Source: the human T2T-CHM13v2.0 reference genome, Homo sapiens. From it: a stretch of DNA of 64,000 nt. A model generated the notes under the pieces. It ran no database searches. It had not been told where the DNA came from and saw only the letters and a program-made list of their open reading frames with translations. Every line of letters begins with the position of its first letter. Positions within the stretch are counted from its first letter, which is position 1. Location of the stretch: assembly GCF_009914755.1 (NCBI RefSeq), contig NC_060925.1, one strand, 5' to 3'. Of this stretch, positions 1-14,942 are shown piece by piece. Both the position numbers and the translations under genes were made by a program.

Positions 1-1544
1 GAGTGCCCTGAGCTGCATAAGGTGCAGGAGCTATCTCCCTCCATGCTGCGCTTTCAGGAAAGGTATAGACTACACAACTTAAGAAAACAGGTGAACAGCA
101 TGCAGGCAGGAGCCTGTGATACACAGCGGCCATGCCTAGATTTATACGCTTGTCAGGAGGGTTGAGGTGAAGATGTTGGCAGAGGGAGTACCTTAAGGGC
201 TGGCTGTCTCACTGTTTCATTTGTGCAAGCATCTGGCCTTTCCACATGCTGAAAGCCTGGCTAAAGGAATTACATTTCTCATGAAACATCTCTCTAACGG
301 CCACATTTATTTATTATTCTCTTTTAAAGTAATTTTCAGTTTGTTTGTTATTGTGAGTAATCTGGAAAATTAAATAATATATCTTGATGTTCTTTAAAAT
401 ATAAGACTGCCTTTAAAGTTCATGCAATACTGTTGAAAAATAGAAGGATTAAGATCCTCCATGTGTGAAGTAATTTAGCTGGAGAATATCATTCTCTTCT
501 TAAAGAACATAATTCTCTAGGCTGATAGTAGCTTTTTTGTAACAATACAGAGTATTGTGAATTTAAAGGACTGTGCAAAATAAAAAAAAAAAAAGCATTT
601 GAAGCTAAAATGATCCATTTTCCTCTCATCCAAAGTACACATAAACCATAGATAACAAATATCAGTGCCTTGGTTATGCAGCAAAATTAGTCTGAGAAAA
701 CCTAAGTGTGCAAAATACACTTTAATTTTTTTCACATAATTGTCATGCTTTTTGTGTTATGAATGTAGAAAATCTATGCCGTTTTCCTTGGTTACTAAAT
801 ATGCTGTAAACTGTCTTATTCACATTTACTTCGATTTCAAGTAACAGGCATGTATTTGGGGCTGGCATAAACAAGGAGATAATATATTGGACTGTTACTA
901 AGATCCCAGCTAAAGTTACTCAAACCTTTGAATTTTAAATAAAATTTTTCTGAGTACTGTATCCCATAATCTGTGGGCAATCCAACATCCTCACCAATAT
1001 ATGAGAATTTTTAAAGTTTAAACAGACTCCATGTCCTTGCATCTATTTAATTCTCAGTGTAACTCACAGTTTCTCTCCTCCTCTCTCTCCCCCTCACCCA
1101 CACCCTCCTCAGGGCTCACACAGATGTTTAACTTCACCCCTTTAATTTTCTCAAAACAGACAAACAAACAAGCCAGGCATTCATAAATACTGTGATATTT
1201 TATGATGTGGTAGACTTTATAGAAGTTTGGGGCTACATTAGGGGTTAACTTCACAGCAACACTAACAGTTATAAATATTAGATGCCTCTACACATAAAAG
1301 TCACTTAGTCACACAAGCATGAGGCCCAGCTTCTCTCACTCAAGACTTTCTCACCTTCGTATTTCCCTTACTTCATTAAGCAGAATAATTGAGCTCAGTA
1401 CCTTCCACTCAGCTCTAGGGCTTACCTTTGTATAAATGTGCCCTGATAAAGCACAGCCACCTATGACTTATTTCTATCCGTGTCTTAAATGGAAAGTAGC
1501 AACATGATAATTTACCTTCTCACTGATATCGCTAGTACTCATTG

Positions 1545-1925
1545 AAAGGTAGTCATTAGTGCTGTCCCTGATATATGTCTGATTTCCCTTCCTTCTGAGC
1601 ACATGAGTGGGTTGTACCTCCCGGCCCTTTTGTGATTAGATGGAATGGTGTAACTAGTATTGAAAAATGAGTAGTGAGCTATACATGTCACTTTTGAGCA
1701 GGAGCATTTAATTGTCAGTATGAGAACCTCTTCCCTCTGGCAGGAAGGCAGCAGTGTTTGTGATGCTGGGTGCCTCAGTGTACCTGGGTGACTATGTAAA
1801 GGAAATACCTCTGCTGACCCCTGGTAGACATGGTTGAATAAGTAAAAAATAAGCCATTTTGCTATTAGGTGATGGATATCTTAGAATCCTTTGTTATCAC
1901 AACAAAAAAAAAACCTATTAATAAA
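1545..1925 (+). mobile_element. MaLR LTR (MLT1I/J-like), old solo LTR
   Basis: MLT1-like motifs: CACATG..GTTGTACCTCCC..CCTTTTGTGATTAG, ATGTCACTTTTGAGCAGGAGCATTTAATTG, and 3' end AAATAAGCC...TTGTTATCACAAC. Confidence 0.6.
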
Positions 1926-4257
1926 TGACTTTACTCACTATTACTCTGCAGTTATACAAAGAGGACACCTTCAGTTTCTGTAATGTATTTGATCTTCCTC
2001 AAAGCTCCCACTGTGTTAGGTAGTAAAAATAAAACGTTAAAAAAAATTAAAAACCCTGCCACCTGATGATATCTAGTTCATTTAAGTTTAACTAATTTTT
2101 TGTTTGTTTGTTTGTTTAGTTTCTTTTGGGTGCATTCATAGACTGCAGAATTTCCTCTAGCATCATGGTTGTGAGGGATTGAGGGCCCCAAATCTACTCC
2201 AGCAGTAAATCTGCTCTCTGGATCCTTGCTAGCTCCTGCAGAGATGATATTTCATATCTGCCTGTTCAGTGCCTCCTGCTGTCAAGGGACCACAAGATGA
2301 GCAATCTCTTGGGAGCAGCAAACTCTAGTGAGCTCAGCCCTTTCCCTTAAGGCCTCTCTGTGGATTCTCCTAAGGTCTGGGCAGGAATCCAATTTAGTTA
2401 TTGCCCAGGTTGTCTCCCTGCAATCCTCAATTTAAGAATTATTTTGCATTGATAAAAGTAGGCTCACTTCTCTCTCAAACTCCCAAACCAATGACTTCAA
2501 TACATTTCACACCATTTGGAATATATAAGAGATTCTAGGCTATCTCTCTATCTAAACACTTGACACCTCTGTTTCTGTTTTTGTTTTTTCTTATGTGGTC
2601 ACCCATGGTTATAGCAGGATCATTCTTCAAGGTAGTCTCCTCTGAGAGTCTCAAATGTGAGTAGGGCAAAGATACCTTCATTTTTGCTTTTATTTCAATA
2701 TAGGGTAATGTATATCCTATTTCTGGGGCTTAGGTTTGCAGAGAGAAGTTAAGGTATAGGTGTAGTGTGATGTTTTCCCCAATTTCAGACTGTTCCTCCT
2801 GCAGTCAATTAGGTCTGGGAAGAGTGATCATTCCACATTTACTCCTTGTCTGATCCTTTTAATAAACAGCACTGTTCCTCTTCTTTAAGACTGAAATGGT
2901 AGAAAGTTTATTTGGGAATCATGTTTATAAAGATAAAGAGCATATTATTATAAGATTAATATCATCACTATTACATTAATCATGTAGTTATACTTGTGAG
3001 GCCAAAGAAAGTAGTCTTTTTAAATAACATAGATGAATATTTTATGAAAACTATCATCAGAAAATACCGCTAGGCTTCCCAGAGGACTGGAACCAAAAAC
3101 TGCAAAACCATTAGAAATCACATTGGTCTTTTCTCTCTTATTCACATCTTAGTCCCTCATCTCGCCTTCCCTGATAATTTATTTAATTTTCATTTTGTTT
3201 TGTTTTCTTTCTGCAAACTTGATTTTCAGTCTTCATCATACATATTGCCCTAAAACCCACCCCCATACCATAACCACCTTAACTCCCAAGTTGATAGCAG
3301 TAAAAGTCAAATGACCAACTCAGGCTGAGTAAAATTTCGGAATCAAAGCTTCAAATTTTAGTGACACAAATTCTCCTTGGTCTTTCTTAGGTCTTCTCTA
3401 TACCTGCAAATAGAAAATGCATCCAGTGACATAAGTTCATTGAGCATAATCATGATTTCTACACTTCAGTCTCATAAATAAGGAGAGAAAACTCTCAAAT
3501 TAAGAAATGCATCATTTAGAGACCAGATTGTAGCCAAAAACAATAATAACTATAATTATTGCAGCAGCTACCATTAAATAGTCCTTATTTCTCTCCTACA
3601 TGCAAATAGGATGCCTTGATCAAATGGCTTGGGTGTTGGAGACACTATATTAGTGTGTCTGTACCACAAACTTTAGGGGAGAAATGACTTGGAAAATTGC
3701 TGAACAGGTAATACAGGACAACCATAATCAATTAAAATCACTGCTCAAGGACAAAAATACCAGAGGAAATTGGCTTAGAGGGCCATTTTGTTCTTTCTCT
3801 TTCCATCACTGTAATAATTTGTCACCGCCATCTATACAAGGCTCCTCTAAGCTGCCAAATGAAAATTGACCTTCATGTTTCTAGTTATTGACCAAGGCAC
3901 ATACTCAGTGTTAGACTTTAGGTTCATTTCCAGGTTGTCTATTAAAATGTAGCCATCTTCATATCTTTAACTAGTCATTGAGATAGTTGATTTTATTCAG
4001 TTAATTTTACCAATATTCCCAATATTATAAATTCATTTTATTCGTTTTTCCTTCTCTTTTATTCCTATGCTAGGTTAAAATAACTGGGAAAGAGAAAATT
4101 TTTCATCTCAGACTGTCATGTTTTTATTTCTTTAACAAAAATTGAATGGGCACCTACTAAGTGGCAGGCAATTATCCAGATCATGTAGATACCATCATGA
4201 GCAAGTCAGAAAAGTTTATTTCCCTCATGGACTTTGCAGTCTAGAAAAAGGAAAATT

Positions 4258-4430
4258 AGATGGGTGTAGTGGCTCATGCCTCTAATGGTAGCACTTTGGG
4301 AGGCCAAGGCAGGAGGATGGCTTGAGTCCAGGAGTTTGAGACAAGCCTAGGTAACATGGTGAGACCTCTACAAAAAGTCAAAAATTGAGGTAGGAGGATC
4401 ACTGCCTCAATATAAAAACAACAATAAAAA
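4258..4430 (+). mobile_element. Old Alu monomer/fragment (FLAM/AluJ-like) within L2 fragments (~4130-4720)
   Basis: GTGGCTCATGCCTCTAAT..GCACTTTGGGAGGCCAAGGCAGGAGGATGGCTTGAGTCCAGGAGTTTGAGAC; flanks have the L2-like GCACCTACTAAGTGGCAGGC. Confidence 0.75.
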
Positions 4431-4879
4431 GGGCATTATAATAAACAAGCAAATACATTAACCACTTTTAAGAGGAAAATGAAGAATATATAACAAATAA
4501 TGACTAGATGTTGAATGTTCTTTTAGTATGTGATGTCCAAAGAAGTCTCAATGAGGTGACGTTTCCGGGCATAAGATTAGATTAGAAAAGGAATAAATAA
4601 TCATGTGGTGACCTGAACAGTAGAATACTCCAATAAGTAAAAGCACCAAAAATAGTGACATATGTGATGTTTTGTAGAAACACAAAATGGCCGGAATTAC
4701 TGGCCTGTAGCAAGTAGAAGGCAAATTATAATTTAAAATGTTTCCCTGGTGAAGAGAATAAGTTAGAAAGAGGAAAAAGAAAGGAGGGAGATTTAAAAGG
4801 AGTGTATCCAGATTGAGTAACAGAGAACACAGAAATGTTGTTTGTTGAGAGAGAAATTCCATAAACCCTATAGTAACTG

Positions 4880-5975
4880 GGAAAGAGAAAAATCAGTTTG
4901 AGCAGTCATCAATTCCAGTGACCTATTTAGGAAATTTGTGTTCCCTGTGCCCACAAATACAGACTCCATCAGTTTAAAGGCCATAGTTCAAAAAGGGGTA
5001 AACTCTTTTTCCCAGGAGACACAATCAGAATCCCACTGAACTATATCTCATGGCTACACCTGGGCATTTGGGGTTCCTTATGCCAAGCGTTCAGCAGGAA
5101 GAAAGGGAGTCATCAACTTAACATGTATATTTGACCCTGACCAGGAGGTGGTAGAGCTGTGATACACAAGAATAGTAGGAAGGAATACTTTGGCACCTAT
5201 GAAATGTTCTTCTCTACCTCTATGCATCACTCCCTTTCCCAAATGAGATGGTAAATGGACAAGAACAATCCCAAGTGAGAGGAACCTTGAGACCAAGGAC
5301 TCAGATCCCTCAAAGATGAAAGTCTGTGTTGTGACACCAATAAATCATTGTGACTAGCAGGGATTATGTTGAGTGAGGGGGATCAAAATGGTTGTAGAAG
5401 GTGGAAAGAATAAGCATCAAATCCAGCCACAATAGTGGGGGTCATGGTTTGTCCTACTTACCTTCCTCTGCTAAGTTTCGCCCAGGAAGAAAGGCTTACC
5501 AGAATCTTGGAAGAGATGCTCCCAGAAGCTGTAAGAAGGAAAATTGTGGTGGAGAAGTTAATATACCTTGCAGGTCCTGCAGAATGAAGTGAATATTCCC
5601 CCATCTGCTGGAAGTCCTGCCAAAACACAGTTCTCACTGTCAGAACTCCTTGAGGATTGCCCTAAATGAAAAAATTGCCTCTCTAAGGTCACACCTCCGT
5701 CCACAGGCATTCTACACTTAATGATTGATCAGTATGAGAGTAGAGAAGGCCTGGACCCCTCAACCCAACTTAATACACATCTGAATCTCAGTTCTGTGGT
5801 CCTTGTGAAGGGTCATGAAGGTCTTTATTGGGAAAAAGTCACGGAATGAACATCTGCCTATTTCCACTTCTTATTCTCCCTTCCACAAGCCTCCATCCCA
5901 AAAATTCTTCTTAATAAAATCCCTAAATATCAATCTCCATTTCAGAATTTGCTTTTCAGAAAATCCAACTCTGTA
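4880..5975 (+). mobile_element. ERVL remnant: 3' internal region with decayed dUTPase followed by an LTR16-like LTR (~5570-5975)
   Basis: 5012-5041 translates PGDTIRIPLN, followed by PGHLGFLMP and FDPDQE across frameshifts (ERV-L dUTPase-like); purine-rich tract ~5535-5560; LTR end AATAAA...ATCTCCATTTCAGAATTTGCTTTTCAGAAAATCCAAC. Confidence 0.65.
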
Positions 5976-8900
5976 ACACCAGGTATGCAGTCAATAAAAT
6001 TGATTTTACAGGCTACATTTAGCATAATGTCATCAAAGGTTTATGCCATCCCCATTTTTATCTCTGAGAAGTCAAAGAAAAATTTATTTGTTTTGTGGGT
6101 AATTGCATTACATTGGTAGAATGAATAATTACTGTTTAAGAACTTATTATCGGTAAAACTAACCTTTAAAATTGTCTGACAGTTTTAAACTTCAAAAAAT
6201 ATTATAATTAGTATTAAAGAGAATGCTTTCTTTCTTTGTAGTTGCTATGGGAGCAAATCCATTAATAAATATTTTTTAAATGTCTATTTTGATTTGACAA
6301 GAGGTTTCATTAATAATTCAAATGGTTATGACTAAGGTCCTAAAAAGGGCAATTTTCCTTGAAAGTTAGCTAATAAAGAAAGAATGCTAATCTAGGATTT
6401 TTTTTTCATAAAATTCTCCTCACTTCTCTCACAATCCGGCAGTAAAAATGTAAAACTCGTAAATTTATTTCATCACTATTGGAAGTATTTTGAAGGCTCT
6501 TTGAAAATACTGTGTCTTTTTAGAGACCCAGATTCAAGACAGATATTTAAGCACTAAAAATAAATAAATAAATGAAAGTCTGAATTGAATAGTGTTTCTT
6601 AAATGCAACTGATATGGATTCAACACACAAATCCCAAAATATGAAAGTTTTGCAGGCACTGATTTTCTTAGTAAAGTTAACTTTTACATTTACCTCTCAA
6701 ATTCATTTGCATGCCAAATTCAGAAATCCTATTTGCATATTCCACTGAAGATTAACTTGCCTGCCACATGTCTGAAAAGCAGAAGGGAGAACAAATCATT
6801 AATATGATTATTAGCTTAATGTATTGTTTAAGACAACCCCCAAGAAGAATATATTAAAAACTGGAAACCTCAGCACAGATATTAGAAATAAGTGCTTCTC
6901 CTTGAATAAAAGAAAATTTGTTTAATGGCTTACTAGTTCAAGTAGCTCAGGAAAACAACCAAGGTAATTCAAATTGTGAGTAGATGTAATTTGAAGAGAA
7001 CCAGAACATTAAACAAAAAATGAGTCTTGATGGTCACATTACCCCTGCTCTTTCTACATAGTACTGCATCCTAATATATTTAATATACTTGTTGGAAAAT
7101 ACTTTTAAACATTAATTTGTTCTGTAGTAAAATTATATTACATAAAGTGCTTTAAATGCTAAGGCTTAGTATAATTATGCAGTGCTGAGACTATTGTGAT
7201 GTTATTGAAAACTAGCAAACTTATCTTCAATAAAAGAAGTCAAAAGCTTCAATTATCTACTCACAGATTATAATTGGGGTTTGTGTATATAGGCTTACAA
7301 AAAGAATTTTAACAGGAAATAAGTCCCATAAATTTGTTTAAAAATTATCAGTGTTATGCATTGCCATCTCCTCCCGTATTAGTTTCTCAGGACTTATAAG
7401 AAGTCGTGAACAATTTTGGTTACCCTCTCAAAAGCATGGGGGTGGCTTTCATAACCTTACTGGCACACTGCTACATAGATTTCAGAATCTTAAAAGAAAA
7501 AGACTATATTCACCATTTAGTTGTCCAAACCATTGATTACTTTTATCATTCAAGGAATGTATTTCTCCAACCTTTTCACCTCTCCAAATCTTATCTGATC
7601 TTCAAACCCCAGACCTATCTCTCTTGCAGAAAGCCTTCTAAATTAATACACAAATATATTCTTAAAATTGTTATTGCACTAATGTCTGTACTATATACAT
7701 TAGCATTTAATAATAACCTGTTAGTCACTGTCTGATTCTCTTTCTCACTTGTGTCTAATTTTTCTCCTTGAAAATAATGTTAGTTATTTCAAGACAAATT
7801 CCATGCCTTTTATCTCTGCATACTTTGATGCATACTGGTCACAAAATAAGGGGCCAAAAATACTTGTTGATATACTGAACAATCAAAAATTTTTATTTGT
7901 GCAATAATCAAGCAAAATGCATTAAGTTAAATTTTTTCAAACTCTGAGATTTTACATCTCAATATTGAAACAAAAATCAAAAGAAGTAACCCCAATAAAT
8001 TAGATAACTTAGTTTGTATTGCCAAAAAATGACTTTAAATATTACGTTTCATTAATAAGCATTAAAAATCCATTTATAAAAAATTTAACACATCTTTAAA
8101 CTAAATAATAACCTGAGAATCTTTACACACAAACATTAACTTGTGATCTCTTTCTAATGGAGTTCATCAATGTTCTTAGGGATTCCAAAGCTAAGCTCAA
8201 ATCTAAAAAATGTGAAATGTTACGTAAGCGCATTTAACAACATTAAGAAAAGAGAGGTGCTCTACATGTTTACGTCAAATAATACAGGCTTAAAAAGAGT
8301 ATTTATCTGTTACCTTTTAAATATGTATTGGGTTATTTTTTATAGCTGTCATCTCTGAATAAAACTCACAGAACATTATTTATATCAACAATTAATAATT
8401 CTTCTGTCTCAATATCCTCAGACCTACCCAACCCTGCTTAGCTAGGGCAGTATGAGAAGAAAATTTTCTCAGAGCCTTATTTGGAATTGACAGCTTCACT
8501 TGTATTATATTCTGCCCAGTGAATTGTCAGTGTGGTTCACTGTACAGTGGCACATTTGTTAAGATAAAACTATATTTCTCAGAATTTATAAGAGTAAACT
8601 GTGGAAGTCTTTTGAGATGGAAGAAAAGCAGATGATATTACTGTCTGAAGGTCATCATGGTTAGATAGAGTGACAAACAGACTCAGGGCTGCCTGCATGT
8701 TCCAGCTTGTCCTCACTCTCCTCTGTTCTTCAGACAGCTCTTATCCTGGACTGCTAGCCTATTGACCAAGAACATAGGAAAGCCCACCATCAAATGTTCA
8801 GTAGTGTAACAACATTAGCTTCCCACAGGTCGTCCTAAATCCGTGAAGACACATACTTGGCTTCTCAGATTGACTGGTCAATGACAACTGTGACCATCTA

Positions 8901-9252
8901 ATTCCCACTTTCAGAGCTTCACTTCTGAGTTCTTTCCTCTACTATTGAAGTTTTAATTTCTCTTATTTCCTGTGGCAGATTGTATTTTCTAAAGATAACC
9001 ATAAAAATATTTCTCATACTACATGATCTTCTTCCAATATGACTTTGACAATGACACTCCTCCCAAAGTTCTGGGATCTATTACTCTTCCTAGGCTATTG
9101 AATCTGGGAAAGCATTTATGACAGCCCCAAGCAATAGACTGTGATTGTGTTGATGCTATATGATTTCTGAGGCATATCTTTAGGTTGCCTTATATTTCCA
9201 CCTTGCTTTTTTGGAATGCTCACTCTTCAAGCACACACTATGCAGTCCATGA

Positions 9253-9709
9253 TGCAGATTCACTGTGGACTGGTTAGCAACTTGTCTAAGTTCAGTGAGA
9301 CAGAACACCCACACACACAAGTTACCTGAAGCAGGTTTATTATTTTTACACATAGGCAGCAAGGGACAACACAAGCCTAGGACTGATTGTGAGCCATTCC
9401 TTCAAGGCTCAGGAAAGCTGCCTGGGGAGGCCATATCTGCACATGTCCCCCTTGCATTGCAGCTGAGGGACCCTGGAAAGCAGCCTGCCCCGGATTTTCT
9501 ACCTCAGGTGTCACATGACACAATAGGCTAAAACACTGAAGGATGTCCTATTTCTAGGGGGCACTGGAATAATGCTCAAGTTGTTATAGCCAGTACCTCC
9601 TTATCTCAGAATGTTGCATTCCCATCACATTTTACAGCTATTCTTGAAAACTACAAGCAAAAAAGGGGCAGAACTTGGTCAGTTCACGGTCATCCAGAAC
9701 TGCCCTGCA
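9253..9709 (-). mobile_element. Solo ERV LTR (LTR47-like) nested in the MLT1 5' LTR
   Basis: Reverse complement begins TGCAGGGCAGTTCTGGATGACC...CTTGTAGTTTTCAAGAATAGCTGTAAAATGTGATGGGAATGCAACATTCTGAGATAAGGAGG; MLT1 sequence resumes at 9710. Confidence 0.6.
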
Positions 9710-10438
9710 CTGTGATGAAGCCCAAGCATATTATGCAGAAGGCTACATGGAGAGGAACTAAGGTCTTTGCCTAAAGCCCTATGTAAGCTCCCAGTTGAGA
9801 GCCAGTGCTAACTTGTAGCCAGGTCAGTGAGCCAGCTTTTTTAAAGTATGTCCTACAATCTCTATTGAGTCACCCTAGCTGACTTCACATAAAAATTATA
9901 CGTAAAGAGCCATCTACATTAAGCCCTCCCAAATTGAAGAATCATGAGAAGGGAAAAAAAAGTTTGTTATTGTTTAAGCCACTCAGTTTGGGTGCTTTGT
10001 TAAACAGTAATAGGTAATAGGTAGTAGGCACAGATTTTGGTATTGGGAAAATAAATTTCCAGGAAGAACATTGAAAGTGCCAACTGTATTCCCACTGCCT
10101 AGGATAAAATGTAAAAGAAAAGAGATGAGCTAAACAATAAGTTGTGAAATATAGTGGAACTGAGGCTTGGTGAGTTAAAAACTGAAATTCTTCCTTATTT
10201 TTAGCCTTTGCAGATAGCAAACAATTCTAAAATTAGGAAATGGATTCTGGCAAAAGACCAAATTTATAGGGCGAGATGTTTTAATATCTGTTTTAAAGAT
10301 CTTTGGTGCTTCATGTTACCCTCCTGATAGTTAAAGGGCTCCTAAAGACCTTAAAAATATTCCTTAAAATTTATCTCTGTTAAACAATAAGGCTTCAGAG
10401 AATCTCACAGGGAGCCTAAGTTAAAGATAATGTAAAAG

Positions 10439-10536
10439 TTATATTAAATATTTAATACTTAGTACATATTAAATATTATTTAATATATTAAATAAATAAT
10501 ATTTAATATGTACTAAGTATTAAATATTTAATATAA
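10439..10536. repeat. Perfect AT-rich inverted repeat, 44-bp arms, 10-nt spacer
   Basis: 10439-10482 is the exact reverse complement of 10493-10536. Confidence 0.95.
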
Positions 10537-13200
10537 AAAATATTGGATGTGGCTTTCATTTAATGGGTTAAATCTAATAAGATTCATGGAAAACATACTA
10601 AACTATTAAGAGAATTGTAATGGTAAAATTGTTGCCAGCTTGAAAAAAAAGGAAATAGAGAAAAAAATTAAAAAATGTTTTTAACCCCCAGACATTTACA
10701 AGTAAATATCAGTTTAAAAAGAATACTCAGTTACAAAAGAAGCCCTTTTTATTGAAAAGAAAGAATGACTCAGTAGTGAATTCAAGATCTCAAGAGTTAG
10801 AGATAATAGCCATAGGAAGTAATTCTCACAGTAGCAATATAAAGCCAACCTAGATTTCAGAACTCTTATGAACTAGTCACTGCTATGTGCTTCTCATCTT
10901 TCCCTTTTATCAGTGGGAGTGTCTATTGTGGTTGTCCTGTGCCTGTCTACGTTATATGTTAGGAATGTAGGAGGATAACTTGGTATCATTTGTTCACAGT
11001 GCTTCAAATGGAGAATAATAATATTCAACAAGCTGTATCTACAGAACTATACCTGATAATGCTAATCTAAACATGGACCTGAGTTTTATAAAGAGAGTCT
11101 AGGCTTTGAACTGATGACCTAATGAGATATAACTTGGTTATTAGAAGAAAAGATACATGAATTTCTTAGGTAAGAACAATGTGGATTGTTGTGCCTAAAG
11201 GTCAATTATGAAAGATTAAAAACGAAAATTCTTCTTGCATTCCCCAAAAAATAAAAAGTCCTCAATAATATCTCCCATCCCACACACTCTGCTTACAATA
11301 TGGCATCAATACTTCTATTCAGGGGTAGTATTTACATCCTCCCCCCTTGAATGTAGGAAGACATAGGATTTTGTGACTGCTTTAATAATGCAGTATGACA
11401 AAAGTTATGATGTGTAACTCTTGAGGTTAAATTTTTAAAATGCTATGGACTTCTGCTTTCTCCTCTTGTGATAATTTACACTTTTTCTTTGAATTAAGTA
11501 ACTATGGTGAGCAGAAGACAAAGCATAATGTATAAATGACAGAAGAAAATAAACTTAAGACCCAGTCTCCCAAATAAAAGCCAGCAACAATTTGTCTGCC
11601 ATGCAAGTAAATCATCCTGAAAGACTTTTTCACTCTCAATCCACTGTAAATGATATCCCATGAATTAGAGACAAAATATCCTCTGTGACTCTTACCTAAA
11701 ATGCATCTCATGAGGAAAATAACAGATTGTTGTTTTACATCACTAAATTCTGGGGTGATTAGTTATATAGCAGTAGATTGCCAATAGTTTTCTTATCCCA
11801 TAACTCAATTGACCCTGATTAACACAACCACTCTCAATAATTAAAGTGGGTTTTTTTTCAAAGTAACAATATTTTAGGTAAAACAATAATTGTCCTGGCC
11901 AGAACTTCCAATACAATTTGAAAATGAGTGGTGAGAGAGGGCATCTTTGTCTTGTTCTGGTTTTCAAAAGGAATGCTTCCAGCTTTTGCCCATTCAATAT
12001 AATATTGACTATGGGTTTGTCATAAATCTTATTATTTTGAGATATGTTCCATCAACACCTAGTTTATTGAGAGTTTTTAACATGAAGTTATGTTGAATTT
12101 TGTCAAAGGCCTTTTCTGCATCTGTTGAGATAATCATGTGGTTTTTGTCTTTGGTTCTGTTTAATGTGATGGATTACATTTACTGATTTGCATATGTAGA
12201 ACCAGCCTTGCATCCCAGGGATGAAGTCGATTTGATCATGGTGGATAAGTTTTTTGATGTGCTGCTGGACTTGGTTTGCCATTATTTTATTGAGGATTTT
12301 TGTGTCGATGTTCATCAGGGATATTGGCCTGAAGGTTTCTTTTTTTGTTGTTTCTCTACCAGGCTTTGGTATCAGAATGATGCTGGCTTCATAAAATGAG
12401 TTAGGGAGGAGTGCCTCTTTTCAATTGTTTGGAATAGTTTCAGAAGGAATGGTACCAGCTCCTCTTTGTACCTCTGGTAGAATTCAGCTGTTAATCCATC
12501 TGCTCCTGGACGTTTTTTGGTTGGTAGGCTATTAATTACTGCCTCAATTTCAGAACTTGTTATTGGTGTATTCAGGGATTCAACTTCTTTTGTTTAGTCT
12601 TGGGAGGGTGTATGTGTGCAGGAATTTATCAATTTCTTCTAGATTTTCTAGCTTATTTGTGTAGAGACATTTGTAGTATTTTCTGATAGTAGTTTGCCTT
12701 TCTGTGGGGTCAGAGGTGATATTCCCTTTATCATTTGTTATTGTGTCTATTTGATTTTTCTCTCTTTTCTTCTTTATTAGTCTAGCTAGCAGTCTATCTA
12801 TTTTGTTAATTTTTTCTAAAAAACAGCTCCCGGATTCAATGACTTTTTGGAGGGTTTTTCATGTCTCTATCTCCTTCCATTGTACTCTGATCTTAGTGGT
12901 TCCTTGTCTTCCGATAGCTTTTGGATTAGTTTGCTCTTGCATCTCTAGCTCTCTTAATTGTGATGTTAGCGTGCTGATTTGAATTATTTCTACCTTTCTG
13001 ATGTGGGAATGTAGTGCTATAAATGTCCCTCTTAACACTGCTTTAGCTGTGTCCCAGAGATTCCAGTATGTTTTCTCCTTGTTCTCATTGTTTTCAAAGA
13101 ACTTCTTGATTTCTGCCTTAATTTCATTATTTACCCAGGAGTCATTCAGGAGCAGGTTGTTCAATTTACATGTAATTGTGTGGTTTTGAGTGAGTTTCTT

Positions 13201-14942
<1,742 letters not shown>

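Larger units (their letters stand above)
8971..11790 (+). mobile_element. MaLR MLT1 (F/G/H-like) element: LTR ~8971-10020, internal ~10020-11190, LTR ~11190-11790
   Basis: Starts TGTGGCAGATTGTATTTTCTAAAGAT; both LTRs end in similar TTGTT..AGCCACT/CATCACTAA.TT.TGGGGTG.TT.GTTA..CAG.A.TAG motifs; MLT1-int-like middle. Confidence 0.6.

Noticed and set aside
1-300. Higher-GC start of the window as a possible exon or promoter
   Set aside because: No recognisable ORF, CpG island or convincing splice pair; no host gene can be assigned
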